From contig JAJPJK010000008.1 of NCBI GenBank assembly GCA_021324265.1, positions 33,041 to 97,040 on the forward strand: a stretch of 64,000 bases of DNA, read 5' to 3'. The first letter of the stretch is position 1. Each line of letters starts with the position of its first letter. The DNA comes from Thermoproteota archaeon (GTDB taxonomy: Archaea > Thermoproteota > Thermoprotei > Gearchaeales > Gearchaeaceae). The notes below the pieces were generated by a model. The model was not told the origin of the DNA. It saw only the letters and a list, made by a program, of their open reading frames with translations, and searched no databases. The position numbers and the translations under genes are program-made. This document shows, one piece after another, positions 10,229 to 19,307 of the stretch.

Positions 10229-10251
10229 AATCTTATTAAGTAAATAAGATT
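10229..10251. promoter_or_regulatory. Palindrome AATCTTATT-N5-AATAAGATT, candidate operator between osmC and the polB2 operon
   Basis: Perfect 9-bp inverted repeat in the divergent intergenic region. Confidence 0.45.
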
Positions 10252-10307
10252 AATAATATACTATATATTTATAACATGTATACTATGCCAAAACAACTAA
10301 AATTATC

Positions 10308-10345
10308 ACTTTCACATTTTCGGTCATCTCTCTTGTATTTATATT
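10308..10345 (+). promoter_or_regulatory. polB2 operon promoter: two ANTTTC motifs plus TATA box
   Basis: ACTTTC 10308-10313, ATTTTC 10316-10321, TTTATATT 10338-10345, ATG at 10366. ANTTTC is the DNA-damage-responsive element known from Sulfolobus. Confidence 0.6.
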
Positions 10346-10365
10346 ACAAAAATCATATTTTCATA

Positions 10366-10596
10366 ATGGGAAGAACTCAGCCTTCATTGACGAATTCGAT
10401 AGATATCGAGCTTAGCAAGCTTAACAAGATAGCAGAAAAACTTAGAGATGAAGAATTGGCTGATATCATCAGAAATTCCAAGTTATATGCGAGAAAGATA
10501 CAGGAAGCTGCGCAAGATGAGCTCATAGATCCCCTCGAGGTGATCATGCTTGCAATCCTCATGTCAAGTAGGCTACGTAATAGACGCGATACCTAG
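10366..10596 (+). CDS. Small PolB2-associated protein (arCOG07300-like)
   Basis: N-terminus MGRTQPS typical of the small gene preceding archaeal polB2. Start moved from 10276 to 10366 on TATA spacing. Confidence 0.75.
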   Translation: MGRTQPSLTNSIDIELSKLNKIAEKLRDEELADIIRNSKLYARKIQEAAQDELIDPLEVIMLAILMSSRLRNRRDT

Positions 10597-12268
10597 ATAT
10601 AATAGAATAGAGCTCATACTGAATGGCTTCCGCAGTGTAAGTGTTAGGACTACATACCCAATTTACGTGATCACCGATGACCCATATAAGGTGCTCCAGA
10701 TACCCGATATAGTGAGTTATAAAGAAGAGGAATGGAGGACGCTTGATAATAAACGCGTAAAGCTCTACAGGTTCGAATCCAGATCAATAGAAGCATATTA
10801 TTTCTTGAGGGACAAAATGCAAGTTGTGAACGAGTTCCCTAGCATAATTTCTCAAACACTTTACAGACTAAGGGCGCTACCTATGCATAAAATCAAGGTA
10901 GAGAATGACATGGTAGAGTTGCTCGAAGAAGAGCGTTCGCTTGAATTCCCAGAAATAGATTTCGCAGAAATAGAACTCGAAGACTGGTTCGGCAAATCTC
11001 CAAGAGGAAAAAGATATAATCTATTCATAAACGGAAAGCTCAGGGAGAGCGGCGATATCAGGGATCTATACGTTGAAGCCGACGTAGTGGAGTGCTCTGG
11101 AATAAGCTATGAAAAAGCTAAAGCGGCGGTTAAAATATTGAAGGAAAAGAAGCGCTCGCCTGTAAGCGTTAAGGGCCTTATAGAGTGGAGTAAAACAGCT
11201 AGAGTTCCTTTGAAGGAAATTCGATATGCTACGATAGGTAAGGCATTGACTACCAACGAAGCATGGGTAGCTTTGAAGAAAAAGTATCTAATACCCAAGG
11301 TAAAGCCAAGCGTTGAGCAGAATAAGGATCTGAACGAGTTAATGTTCGCTGATAAAGGGGGAATTATACTTTTTCCAAACGCGGGAATACATGAAAACGT
11401 GTATCAGCTAGATTTCTCTTCAATGTATCCTTCAATTATAGTCAAGTACAACATTTCAGCTGAGACTGTTAATGCATGCGAAGATATAGTCACGCCTTTG
11501 CATAGCATATGTCTAAAAGAGAAAGGTATTGTGCCAGAAGCGCTAGAAGCATTGATAGAGAGGAAGAAGAAATTAAAGGAAATAGATGAAGAACGAGCCG
11601 AAGCCATAAAATGGATCCTCGTTGCCTCATTTGGATATCTAGGATATAGGAACTCGAAATTCGGCAAGATAGAGGCTTATGAGATGGTAACATACTTTGC
11701 AAGGGAAACGATGAGGAAGGCAATGGCCATAGCTAAAGAGAAAGGACTTGAGGTTCTTCATGGAATTGTAGACTCACTTTTTATCAAAGGCGATAAAATA
11801 GATGAATTCATTGAAGACGTAAATAGGGCTACAGGCTTGAACATCAAGATCGAATCAGAATACGAATGGATCGTATTCACATCTACAAGAGAAGGACAAC
11901 CGCATCCACAAAGATACTTCGGAAAGATAAGGGGTAATGGGATGAAGGTCAAAGGCGTGATAAAGGAAAACATGCCGAACCTTGTGAAGGACTTTCTAGA
12001 ACATGTCTTCAAAGAACTAGAACATGCCCATAATGCAAGCGAGGTGAAGGAAATTTTGAACAGCTTAGAGCTTAGCGAATACAAACGCAGAGCATTTTAT
12101 GGCAAACCCATAGATTACGTGATCTGGATAAAAGACAGGCCATATATAAAGAATTCTAAAGGCTTTTACGCAGCCGAACTCGGCTATCGAGACCATGACC
12201 CATACTACTACCTAGCATACCTAGAGCGAACATATGAAGATCTACTTAGATGGATAAATGGAGACTAA
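10550..12268 (+). CDS. polB2: DNA polymerase B2 (Dpo2), lacking proofreading motifs
   Basis: Motif A LDFSSMYPSII, motif B KWILVASFGYLG, altered motif C HGIVDSLF (canonical YGDTDS); 572 aa. Confidence 0.92.
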   Translation: MQSSCQVGYVIDAIPRYNRIELILNGFRSVSVRTTYPIYVITDDPYKVLQIPDIVSYKEEEWRTLDNKRVKLYRFESRSIEAYYFLRDKMQVVNEFPSIISQTLYRLRALPMHKIKVENDMVELLEEERSLEFPEIDFAEIELEDWFGKSPRGKRYNLFINGKLRESGDIRDLYVEADVVECSGISYEKAKAAVKILKEKKRSPVSVKGLIEWSKTARVPLKEIRYATIGKALTTNEAWVALKKKYLIPKVKPSVEQNKDLNELMFADKGGIILFPNAGIHENVYQLDFSSMYPSIIVKYNISAETVNACEDIVTPLHSICLKEKGIVPEALEALIERKKKLKEIDEERAEAIKWILVASFGYLGYRNSKFGKIEAYEMVTYFARETMRKAMAIAKEKGLEVLHGIVDSLFIKGDKIDEFIEDVNRATGLNIKIESEYEWIVFTSTREGQPHPQRYFGKIRGNGMKVKGVIKENMPNLVKDFLEHVFKELEHAHNASEVKEILNSLELSEYKRRAFYGKPIDYVIWIKDRPYIKNSKGFYAAELGYRDHDPYYYLAYLERTYEDLLRWINGD

Positions 12269-12845
12269 AATCTTGATAACGGGTTTCGAGGAGTTAGATA
12301 AATATTTGGCTGAAGATGATATCATCGAATTTTACTCAGAACAAAGCATAGCACTTGACATCATTTATCACAGAGTTCTTGCCTTACTTGCGCCTGTGAA
12401 CTTAATTATAGTAGGAGTTAGAGGTGGCTTCGATCCTTTAATATTCAGAACCTTTTGCAGAATTTTCAACAGGAACAATGTAAATCTTTACATTCAGAGG
12501 GCATTCAAAGCGGAGGATATAGAGCCAACTCTACTAGAATCGAAGAACAGCTTGCCATTGGTCATCTATAACCCCTATGGCTATAGGAGGCTTTACGCAA
12601 GGATAGTAAGCGCGATCAAAAATTCGAGAAGTAAAGTATTGATATTCTCTCCAATTGATAGAAAGAAGAACGGAAGTACATTAGGAGCACATGTGGCGCA
12701 TAGTATAATTGAATTGAAGGAAGCTAAGAACGGAATCAAGGCAAGAATAATTAAGAGCGTAACAACAGGTCCTATAACTTTTGAGTTTACTAAAGGAATG
12801 ATCTATTATAATTTAAGACAAAAATCACTACTGGATTGGATTTGA
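12258..12845 (+). CDS. Degenerate RadA/RecA-fold protein of the polB2 operon
   Basis: ITGFEELDKYL N-terminus, GFDP and RAF segments, no intact Walker A; overlaps the polB2 end. Confidence 0.7.
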   Translation: METKILITGFEELDKYLAEDDIIEFYSEQSIALDIIYHRVLALLAPVNLIIVGVRGGFDPLIFRTFCRIFNRNNVNLYIQRAFKAEDIEPTLLESKNSLPLVIYNPYGYRRLYARIVSAIKNSRSKVLIFSPIDRKKNGSTLGAHVAHSIIELKEAKNGIKARIIKSVTTGPITFEFTKGMIYYNLRQKSLLDWI

Positions 12846-12919
12846 ATTCGGAATATTCGAGTAACTAAGGCTCAGATCAATTCAAAAACCAAGAAATACT
12901 TAAATTCATATTCTGAAAT

Positions 12920-14191
12920 ATGATATTTATGGATATGATATTCGTCGATAGGAAAAGAGAGCTGGACGTTCTAAAAGATAGATTATCCTCCTCTAATTTT
13001 GAATTAATCATAATCTACGGCAGAAGAAGGATAGGCAAGACATCGCTGATCATGAAGGTTCTCAAAGAATTTGAAAATTCAATTTATTACTTAGCAACAG
13101 AGAAAAATAACCTAGAAAAGTTCAAAGAAATCGCGAGCAAAAAGTATCCAAGTATAAAATATCTAAAGGACGACTGGGAAGCTTTCTTTCATTTCCTGCA
13201 AGATAAAATTATAGTCATAGACGAATTTCCATACCTCATAGTAGAAGATAAAACTGTACTTTCCACTTTTCAAAAAATTGCTGATGAATTGAGAGAAACT
13301 AAGACTAAAATCGTTCTTCTAGGCTCTTCAATATCACTTATGGAAGACGTTCTTTCATACAAAGCCCCGCTATTTGGAAGGAGAACGGCATCGATCAAGG
13401 TTAAGGAGCTGAAGTTCAAGGATCTTCATGAATTCGGTTTCAGCATCGAGGAAGCCATTAAAATCTACGGTTTTGCTGGAGGGGTCCCTTATTATATTAC
13501 AAAAGTAAAACCCCCTTTCATGAGTTGGGTCAATGAGGAATTAAAGAAGACCGATACCTTCCTAAAAGATGAAGTTGATTTTCTCCTAAGGTATGAGTTC
13601 AGCGAGATAGGCACATATAAGGAAATACTTTATGCAATTTCTAAGGGGAAAAATACGTTGGGAGAAATAAAGGACTTCGTTAAAATTAGAGGCGATGTAA
13701 GTTCTTATTTAAAAAAGCTTGAAAGAATTGAATTGATCGAAAGGGAGGCTCCCATCGATAGAAAAAGAGGAATATATGTGATTAAAGATCACTTTGTTAA
13801 CTTCTGGTTCAGATTCATATACCCAAATATTTCATCGATAGAAGAAGGAATTTATGAAATTGAGGAAAAGGAGTATAATGAGTATCTATCCTTTACTTTT
13901 GAAAAGATTGCTAGAGAATATGTTAAAGATAAGTACAAAGTTAAAGTTAAGAGATATTGGAGTAAAGATATTGAGATTGATATATTTTCTGATACTGTAA
14001 TTGGAGAAGTTAAATGGAGTGAGAATGTTAATCCACAAGAAGTGCTAACTACATTAAAAGAGAAAAGTGAAATGATTGGTATTACAAATAGAAAAAATAT
14101 TATTATAGCAAAAAGCTTTAGTAAAGATATCAAAGGTGAAAATTTAGAATTGGTAGACCTAAAAAAATTAGAAGAATGGTATTCTAAATAA
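12920..14191 (+). CDS. Archaeal ATPase (ATPase_2) with wHTH and C-terminal DUF234/PD-(D/E)xK domain
   Basis: FVDRKREL, YGRRRIGKT, IDEFPY, GGVPYY, FWFRF, EIDI...GEVKW. Confidence 0.9.
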   Translation: MIFMDMIFVDRKRELDVLKDRLSSSNFELIIIYGRRRIGKTSLIMKVLKEFENSIYYLATEKNNLEKFKEIASKKYPSIKYLKDDWEAFFHFLQDKIIVIDEFPYLIVEDKTVLSTFQKIADELRETKTKIVLLGSSISLMEDVLSYKAPLFGRRTASIKVKELKFKDLHEFGFSIEEAIKIYGFAGGVPYYITKVKPPFMSWVNEELKKTDTFLKDEVDFLLRYEFSEIGTYKEILYAISKGKNTLGEIKDFVKIRGDVSSYLKKLERIELIEREAPIDRKRGIYVIKDHFVNFWFRFIYPNISSIEEGIYEIEEKEYNEYLSFTFEKIAREYVKDKYKVKVKRYWSKDIEIDIFSDTVIGEVKWSENVNPQEVLTTLKEKSEMIGITNRKNIIIAKSFSKDIKGENLELVDLKKLEEWYSK

Positions 14192-14287
14192 ATTTAGAGC
14201 ATTTAATAGTAACTTGTACAAATGCTGAATAATTAGTATTGCCAAAGAGCAATCCAGCTTTATTACTCTTTCACAGATTTTTGAAAT

Positions 14288-15487
14288 ATGAGCCTGCCAC
14301 TGGAAGGAATAAGAGTAGTAGACTTCACCAGAGCTATGGCCGGACCTTTCTGCACCATGTTACTGGGAGACCTAGGAGCTGAAGTAATTAAAGTGGAACC
14401 TCCACAAGGAGATGAAACTAGGAATTGGAGGCCGCCAAGCATAGGCAAGCTATCTTCGTATTTTTTCAGTGTGAACAGAAATAAGAAGAGCATATCAATT
14501 GACCTCAACAAAAAAGAAGGCTTAGAAGTTGTTTATAGGCTCGTTGAAAGCGCTGATGTGCTCGTGGAGAATTTTAGGCCCGGCGTTATGCAAAGACTAG
14601 GTTTGGGTTATGAATTGTTGTCAAAGAAAAATCCAAGATTGATATACTGTAGTATATCAGGTTTTGGCCAAAATGGTCCATATAAAGATAAGCCTGGCTA
14701 TGATCTAATTGCATTAGCGATGAGCGGGCTCTTGAGCATTACAGGCGAGCCAGATAGACCCCCAGTAAAGTTCGGAGTACCTATAGCAGATATAACAGCT
14801 GGTATGATGGCAACTATAGCTATACTTTCAGCACTTCGCTACCGAGATAAACATGGAAAAGGACAGTACATAGATATTTCTATGTTCGACACACAGATTC
14901 TTATTCTTAGTCACCAAGCTTTCAATTATCTAGCTACAGGTGAAAATCCTAAAAGGCTTGGTACTGCACATCCAAACATAGCTCCATATCAGGCATTTGA
15001 GACAAAAGATGGATATATAATAATTACTGTAGGCAACGATAGGCTTTGGAGAGAATTCACAGCTGCAATAGACAGAAAAGACCTAACCTATGACAATAGA
15101 TTCGCCACAAATCCAGAGCGAATAAAGAATAGAAAAGAACTCGTAGAAGAACTCGAAAAGACTTTTAAAAACAAAAGCACAAAGGAGTGGCTATCAATAC
15201 TCGAGAATGCAGGCATTCCAGCTGCGCCGGTAAAGCTAGTCGGTGAAGCGCTTGAAGATGAACATACAAAATTTAGGAAAATGATATTTGAGATTGAGTA
15301 TGAAGAATTTGGAAGGATAAAGATGTTAGGTTTCCCTATAAAATCTAGTGCTTACGAACTGAGCCTCAATAGATTGCCACCTAAGCTTGGACAGCATAGT
15401 AAAGAGATTCTAAAAGAACTTGCTTATGGAGATAACATAATTGAAGAATTCATAAAAAAGCAAGTGATTTTCACAGATAGTTCTTGA
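14288..15487 (+). CDS. CaiB/BaiF family III CoA-transferase
   Basis: PLEGIRVVD, GAEVIKVE, NRNKKSI, ENFRPG, catalytic PIADITAG. Confidence 0.93.
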   Translation: MSLPLEGIRVVDFTRAMAGPFCTMLLGDLGAEVIKVEPPQGDETRNWRPPSIGKLSSYFFSVNRNKKSISIDLNKKEGLEVVYRLVESADVLVENFRPGVMQRLGLGYELLSKKNPRLIYCSISGFGQNGPYKDKPGYDLIALAMSGLLSITGEPDRPPVKFGVPIADITAGMMATIAILSALRYRDKHGKGQYIDISMFDTQILILSHQAFNYLATGENPKRLGTAHPNIAPYQAFETKDGYIIITVGNDRLWREFTAAIDRKDLTYDNRFATNPERIKNRKELVEELEKTFKNKSTKEWLSILENAGIPAAPVKLVGEALEDEHTKFRKMIFEIEYEEFGRIKMLGFPIKSSAYELSLNRLPPKLGQHSKEILKELAYGDNIIEEFIKKQVIFTDSS

Positions 15488-15617
15488 GCTACAATACTCG
15501 GAAAATAAACTAGCCATTAAGAAGAAGAAATAAAAATTGCATGAGAGAATCTGAATCTAGAAAAGTGATAATTGATAAATTTGACATTCAAATTAAAAGA
15601 TGTCTATAATTGATTCA

Positions 15618-16574
15618 TTACTCCATTATGAAGATCCTCTTAGTTTGAACTTCATTGATAAAGTCTTCCACTATCTTTTCAATACTTGTATAAGCAGGAG
15701 ACCAACCAAGATCATTTATTATCTTAGAGTAATTCATATGTTTCGGCCAGCTGTTTAATATTTTCATTAAATCAGGTTTAGGTTTGAAACTTATCATTTC
15801 TTTACCCAACTTCTTTTCTACAACATTCGCAATTTCTTTTGCGCTTGGACTTGGAAACAAGCTCGCTATATTATAAACAATACCTTTAACTTTTTGGAAG
15901 TTCTCCAGTGTTTTGAGCAAAAGCGCTGAGACATCCTTAATGTATGCAATTGGTATTGTTGTATTTTCATCGACATAAGCTACATATTTCTCACCCTGAG
16001 CAGGCTTCTGAATCATCAACGTGGTATAAGCTGAAGCACCGCCATTTTTTCTTCCAGGACCTATAACCGAAGCGAATCTAAATGCTACGAAGTCGATATC
16101 ATGTTTATTCATCAACCAAAACCCAAGCATTTCTCCAAACTGTTTTGAAACTCCATAAAGCGTTGTAGGTAACGTATAGATTTCTTCACTAACAATTTCA
16201 GGGATGTTGGTCCCGTACGCTGCGATGCTACTCGCAAATATTATAGGTAGCTTATATTTGAGGGTAATGTTGAAGACATTCCAAGTGCCATGTATATTGA
16301 CTTCATACCATTTTTCCGGGTTTTTCTCGGCATCTGAGGAAAGCAAAGCAGCAAGATGTAAGATTGCCGATACTTTCTCTTTTTCAACAATTCTGTGGAG
16401 ATTTTCTATATCAGAAACACTACCTCTTATCAATTTAGCTTTAACATCCCTTAACAAAAGCTCATCGAATTTCAAATCATACAGAACAACTTCGTAGCCG
16501 GATTGAAGAAAATAACTCGCAACATGAGAACCTATGAAACCACCGCCTCCTGTTATTAAAATCTTATTATTTAG
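15618..16574 (-). CDS. Extended SDR, L-threonine 3-dehydrogenase-like; start codon unresolved
   Basis: The frame stays open upstream of the track's TTG 16475 and encodes KILITGGGGFIGSHV; also HLAALLS, SSIAAYG, YGVSK. Confidence 0.8.
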   Translation of the reverse strand, partial: LNNKILITGGGGFIGSHVASYFLQSGYEVVLYDLKFDELLLRDVKAKLIRGSVSDIENLHRIVEKEKVSAILHLAALLSSDAEKNPEKWYEVNIHGTWNVFNITLKYKLPIIFASSIAAYGTNIPEIVSEEIYTLPTTLYGVSKQFGEMLGFWLMNKHDIDFVAFRFASVIGPGRKNGGASAYTTLMIQKPAQGEKYVAYVDENTTIPIAYIKDVSALLLKTLENFQKVKGIVYNIASLFPSPSAKEIANVVEKKLGKEMISFKPKPDLMKILNSWPKHMNYSKIINDLGWSPAYTSIEKIVEDFINEVQTKRIFIME

Positions 16575-18333
16575 CCTTCATCACCTCTTCAAAGAAATAT
16601 TCTTTTTCACCTCTCTCTCCTTTGTTTCTTTTTCTCATTTCTAATTCTCTCAGCTCTACCCTCCTTATCTTTCCACTTATAGTCTTAGGCAACTCATCAA
16701 CGAATTCTATTATCCTAGGCACCTTATATCTAGGCAGAACATTCAAGAGATGATCCCATATATCCTTCGCAAGCTCTTTTGAAGGTATAAAACCGGGCTT
16801 AAGCGAAACAAAGGCCTTTACAACTTGATATCTCATAGGATCAGGACTTGCAACAGCTGCAGCTTCCGCTACTGCATGATGTTCAACAAGTGCACTTTCT
16901 ACTTCATAAGGGCCTATTCTATAATCAGAGGACTTTATGACATCATCGGCTCTTCCAACTGACCACCAGTAACCATTGGTATCGAAATATGCCTTATCTC
17001 CTGTGTAATAGTAACCGTTGACAAATGTCTCCTTCATCCTATTAGGATCTCCTATGTATTCTTTCATAAGGCCTATGGCCCTCCATCTTTTCAATCTTAT
17101 GGCTATATGGCCCACCTCTCCAGCGTTGTTTATTTCTCTCCCATCATCATTCAGCAACACAATATCATACATCGCAATCGGTCTGCCAAACGAACCAGGC
17201 CTGATCTTACCTCCCTTCCACCATGGGGGATTTCCAATCATCGCTGTGGTTTCCGTTTGACCATACATATCCCTAATCTCTATACCTGTAGCTTCCTTAA
17301 ACCAATAATAAAGCTCAGGGTTAAGAGGTTCTCCTGCACTCACAACTTCTTTAAGATCCTCGAATTTGAACTCATTTAATTTAACTTGAGCTCTGAACAA
17401 TCTCCAAGCTGTTGGGGGAGCACAGAAAGTATTCACATTGAAATCATTAATTGCTTGCAAGTATTTTTCTGCAGGAAGTTTTCCAGCATGATAGAATGCA
17501 CTAGTAGTTGCACCTATGCTTAAGGGAGGGAAGAAGCTGCTCCAAGCAAATTTAGCCCATCCCGGTGCGCTTAGATTGTTATGGAGATCTCCTGGCTTGG
17601 CGTTGATCATCGCGGCCGTGCTGAGATGGCCAACAGGATACGAAACAGCTGTATGGGCAACGATTTTGGGGAGCCCTGTTGTACCGCTTGTGAAGAAGGC
17701 CAACACGATATCATCTATGTTTGTTTTTGCCGCCTCTGCAAGCGCACTTTCCTTCTTTATGCTTTCATAGCTTTCCCAAGTAGCGATATCGCCTCCTACT
17801 AGAATTTTCACATTTGGCCTGCTATTGGAAGCTTTTAAGGCTTCATCCACTAGCCTAGCAGAATTAACATCTGCAATTATCGCATCAGGAGGAAATGCCT
17901 TGAACCTGTATTGCAATTCTCTTACTGTCATGACAACTGCTGTTGGAACTCCTACGAAACCGGCTTTTATCGAAGCATATGTGGCGAAGAATACCTCAGG
18001 CACTTGAGGCAGCATGATATATAATTTACTTCCTTTTCTCATGCCATGCCCTCTCAAAAAGTTTATCAATTTGTTAGCTTCACTTACGAAATCACTATAT
18101 GTATATCTTTTTACATCCCAGCTATCTAGACTAACCCAGAGCAATGCACTCTGCTCACCCCTTTCCTTTAAATGCAACCCTTCTACTATCTCTTCGGCCC
18201 AGTTAAAGAAGCTAGGCAACTGGGATGAATTCAGTGAATAGAAGAATTCTTCGTAATTTCTCCCTTTATCTTCATCGTCTTTCAAAGTAAGAATTTCTAT
18301 AAAACGTCTATATATTGATTGAAAAAAGGTCAT
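16567..18333 (-). CDS. AMP-forming acyl-CoA synthetase (acetyl/medium-chain type)
   Basis: FTSGTTGLPK, SAGEPLN, YGQTET, TGD, GRADD, PKTISGKIRR. Confidence 0.93.
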   Translation of the reverse strand: MTFFQSIYRRFIEILTLKDDEDKGRNYEEFFYSLNSSQLPSFFNWAEEIVEGLHLKERGEQSALLWVSLDSWDVKRYTYSDFVSEANKLINFLRGHGMRKGSKLYIMLPQVPEVFFATYASIKAGFVGVPTAVVMTVRELQYRFKAFPPDAIIADVNSARLVDEALKASNSRPNVKILVGGDIATWESYESIKKESALAEAAKTNIDDIVLAFFTSGTTGLPKIVAHTAVSYPVGHLSTAAMINAKPGDLHNNLSAPGWAKFAWSSFFPPLSIGATTSAFYHAGKLPAEKYLQAINDFNVNTFCAPPTAWRLFRAQVKLNEFKFEDLKEVVSAGEPLNPELYYWFKEATGIEIRDMYGQTETTAMIGNPPWWKGGKIRPGSFGRPIAMYDIVLLNDDGREINNAGEVGHIAIRLKRWRAIGLMKEYIGDPNRMKETFVNGYYYTGDKAYFDTNGYWWSVGRADDVIKSSDYRIGPYEVESALVEHHAVAEAAAVASPDPMRYQVVKAFVSLKPGFIPSKELAKDIWDHLLNVLPRYKVPRIIEFVDELPKTISGKIRRVELRELEMRKRNKGERGEKEYFFEEVMKAK

Positions 18334-18427
18334 ATATCATTAATCTTCTTATTCGATATATGCTTTATTAGTAAATGTCATGGGAAGTGGTTGAAAGATA
18401 TAAACAACCTAGTTAAACATTATTTTA

Positions 18428-19306
18428 ATGCAATTTGGTATTTGCTTGCCAAATTACGGTGATACACTTGACATCGAAGGAATGAAGAAAATTGCCTTGT
18501 TAGCTGAAGAACTAGGATACGATTCGATATGGCTTACAGATCATATATTAATGCCAAGGAACAGCGGGACGCCTTATGAGAATATTTTAGAAACCATTAC
18601 GTCAATGGCTTATCTTTCTTGTTTAACTAGGAAGATCAAAATTGGCATCTCATCCTTAGTAATAGCACTTAGAAATCCTGTAATCGTGGCAAAAGAGCTC
18701 GCAACCATAGATCTGCTGAGCAATGGTAGGGTGATGCTAGCTGTTGCTACAGGCTGGAATGAAAAGGAATTCAACTTTCTTGGCTCAAACTTTCATAAAA
18801 GAGGAAAAATAGTTAATGAAAGCATAGAACTCATGCTCAGTCTCTGGCAAGGTAAAAATAGCTTTGAAGGAAGGAATCTAAGGATAAAATTTCAGGATGC
18901 AGTTTTCAGTCCTAACGTAAAAAGGGAGATCGAAATCTGGATCGCTGGGAACAGCGAATTTGCAATGAAAAGGGCAATTAAATATGGACATGCATGGCAT
19001 CCCAACATATATCCTCTTGATTTCTTCAAGAAGCTAGTGGATAGATACATGTCTCTTACTACAAAGCCCAAACCGATAAGAGGAAGAATAGGATTCGATA
19101 TTTCTGCAAAAGAAAATACATACATAGGTTCCCAAGGAGAAAGGAGGATTCAGCTATCGCAGGATATGAATGAAAACAGAAAAATAATCGAGAAACTTGA
19201 AAGTATGGGCGTAGATTATCTCGTATTGGCTACAAATCCAAATGGTAGAATTCTTGTAGAAAAACAAGAAGAAGCGATCAAAGTTTTCGCGAGTAAATTC
19301 CTTTGA
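18428..19306 (+). CDS. LLM-class (probably F420-dependent) oxidoreductase
   Basis: AEELGYDSIWLTDH, RNPVIVAKELATIDLLSNGR, IWIAG. Confidence 0.88.
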   Translation: MQFGICLPNYGDTLDIEGMKKIALLAEELGYDSIWLTDHILMPRNSGTPYENILETITSMAYLSCLTRKIKIGISSLVIALRNPVIVAKELATIDLLSNGRVMLAVATGWNEKEFNFLGSNFHKRGKIVNESIELMLSLWQGKNSFEGRNLRIKFQDAVFSPNVKREIEIWIAGNSEFAMKRAIKYGHAWHPNIYPLDFFKKLVDRYMSLTTKPKPIRGRIGFDISAKENTYIGSQGERRIQLSQDMNENRKIIEKLESMGVDYLVLATNPNGRILVEKQEEAIKVFASKFL

Positions 19307-19307
19307 A

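Noticed and set aside
10550-14191. PolB plus ATPase-nuclease as a casposon, pipolin or defence island
   Set aside because: The polymerase is the chromosomal PolB2 type with its usual partners; no Cas1, integrase or terminal repeats are present.
15541-15609. 22-aa ORF or C/D-box-like motifs between convergent genes
   Set aside because: The boxes are degenerate and there is no clear promoter; consistent with chance.
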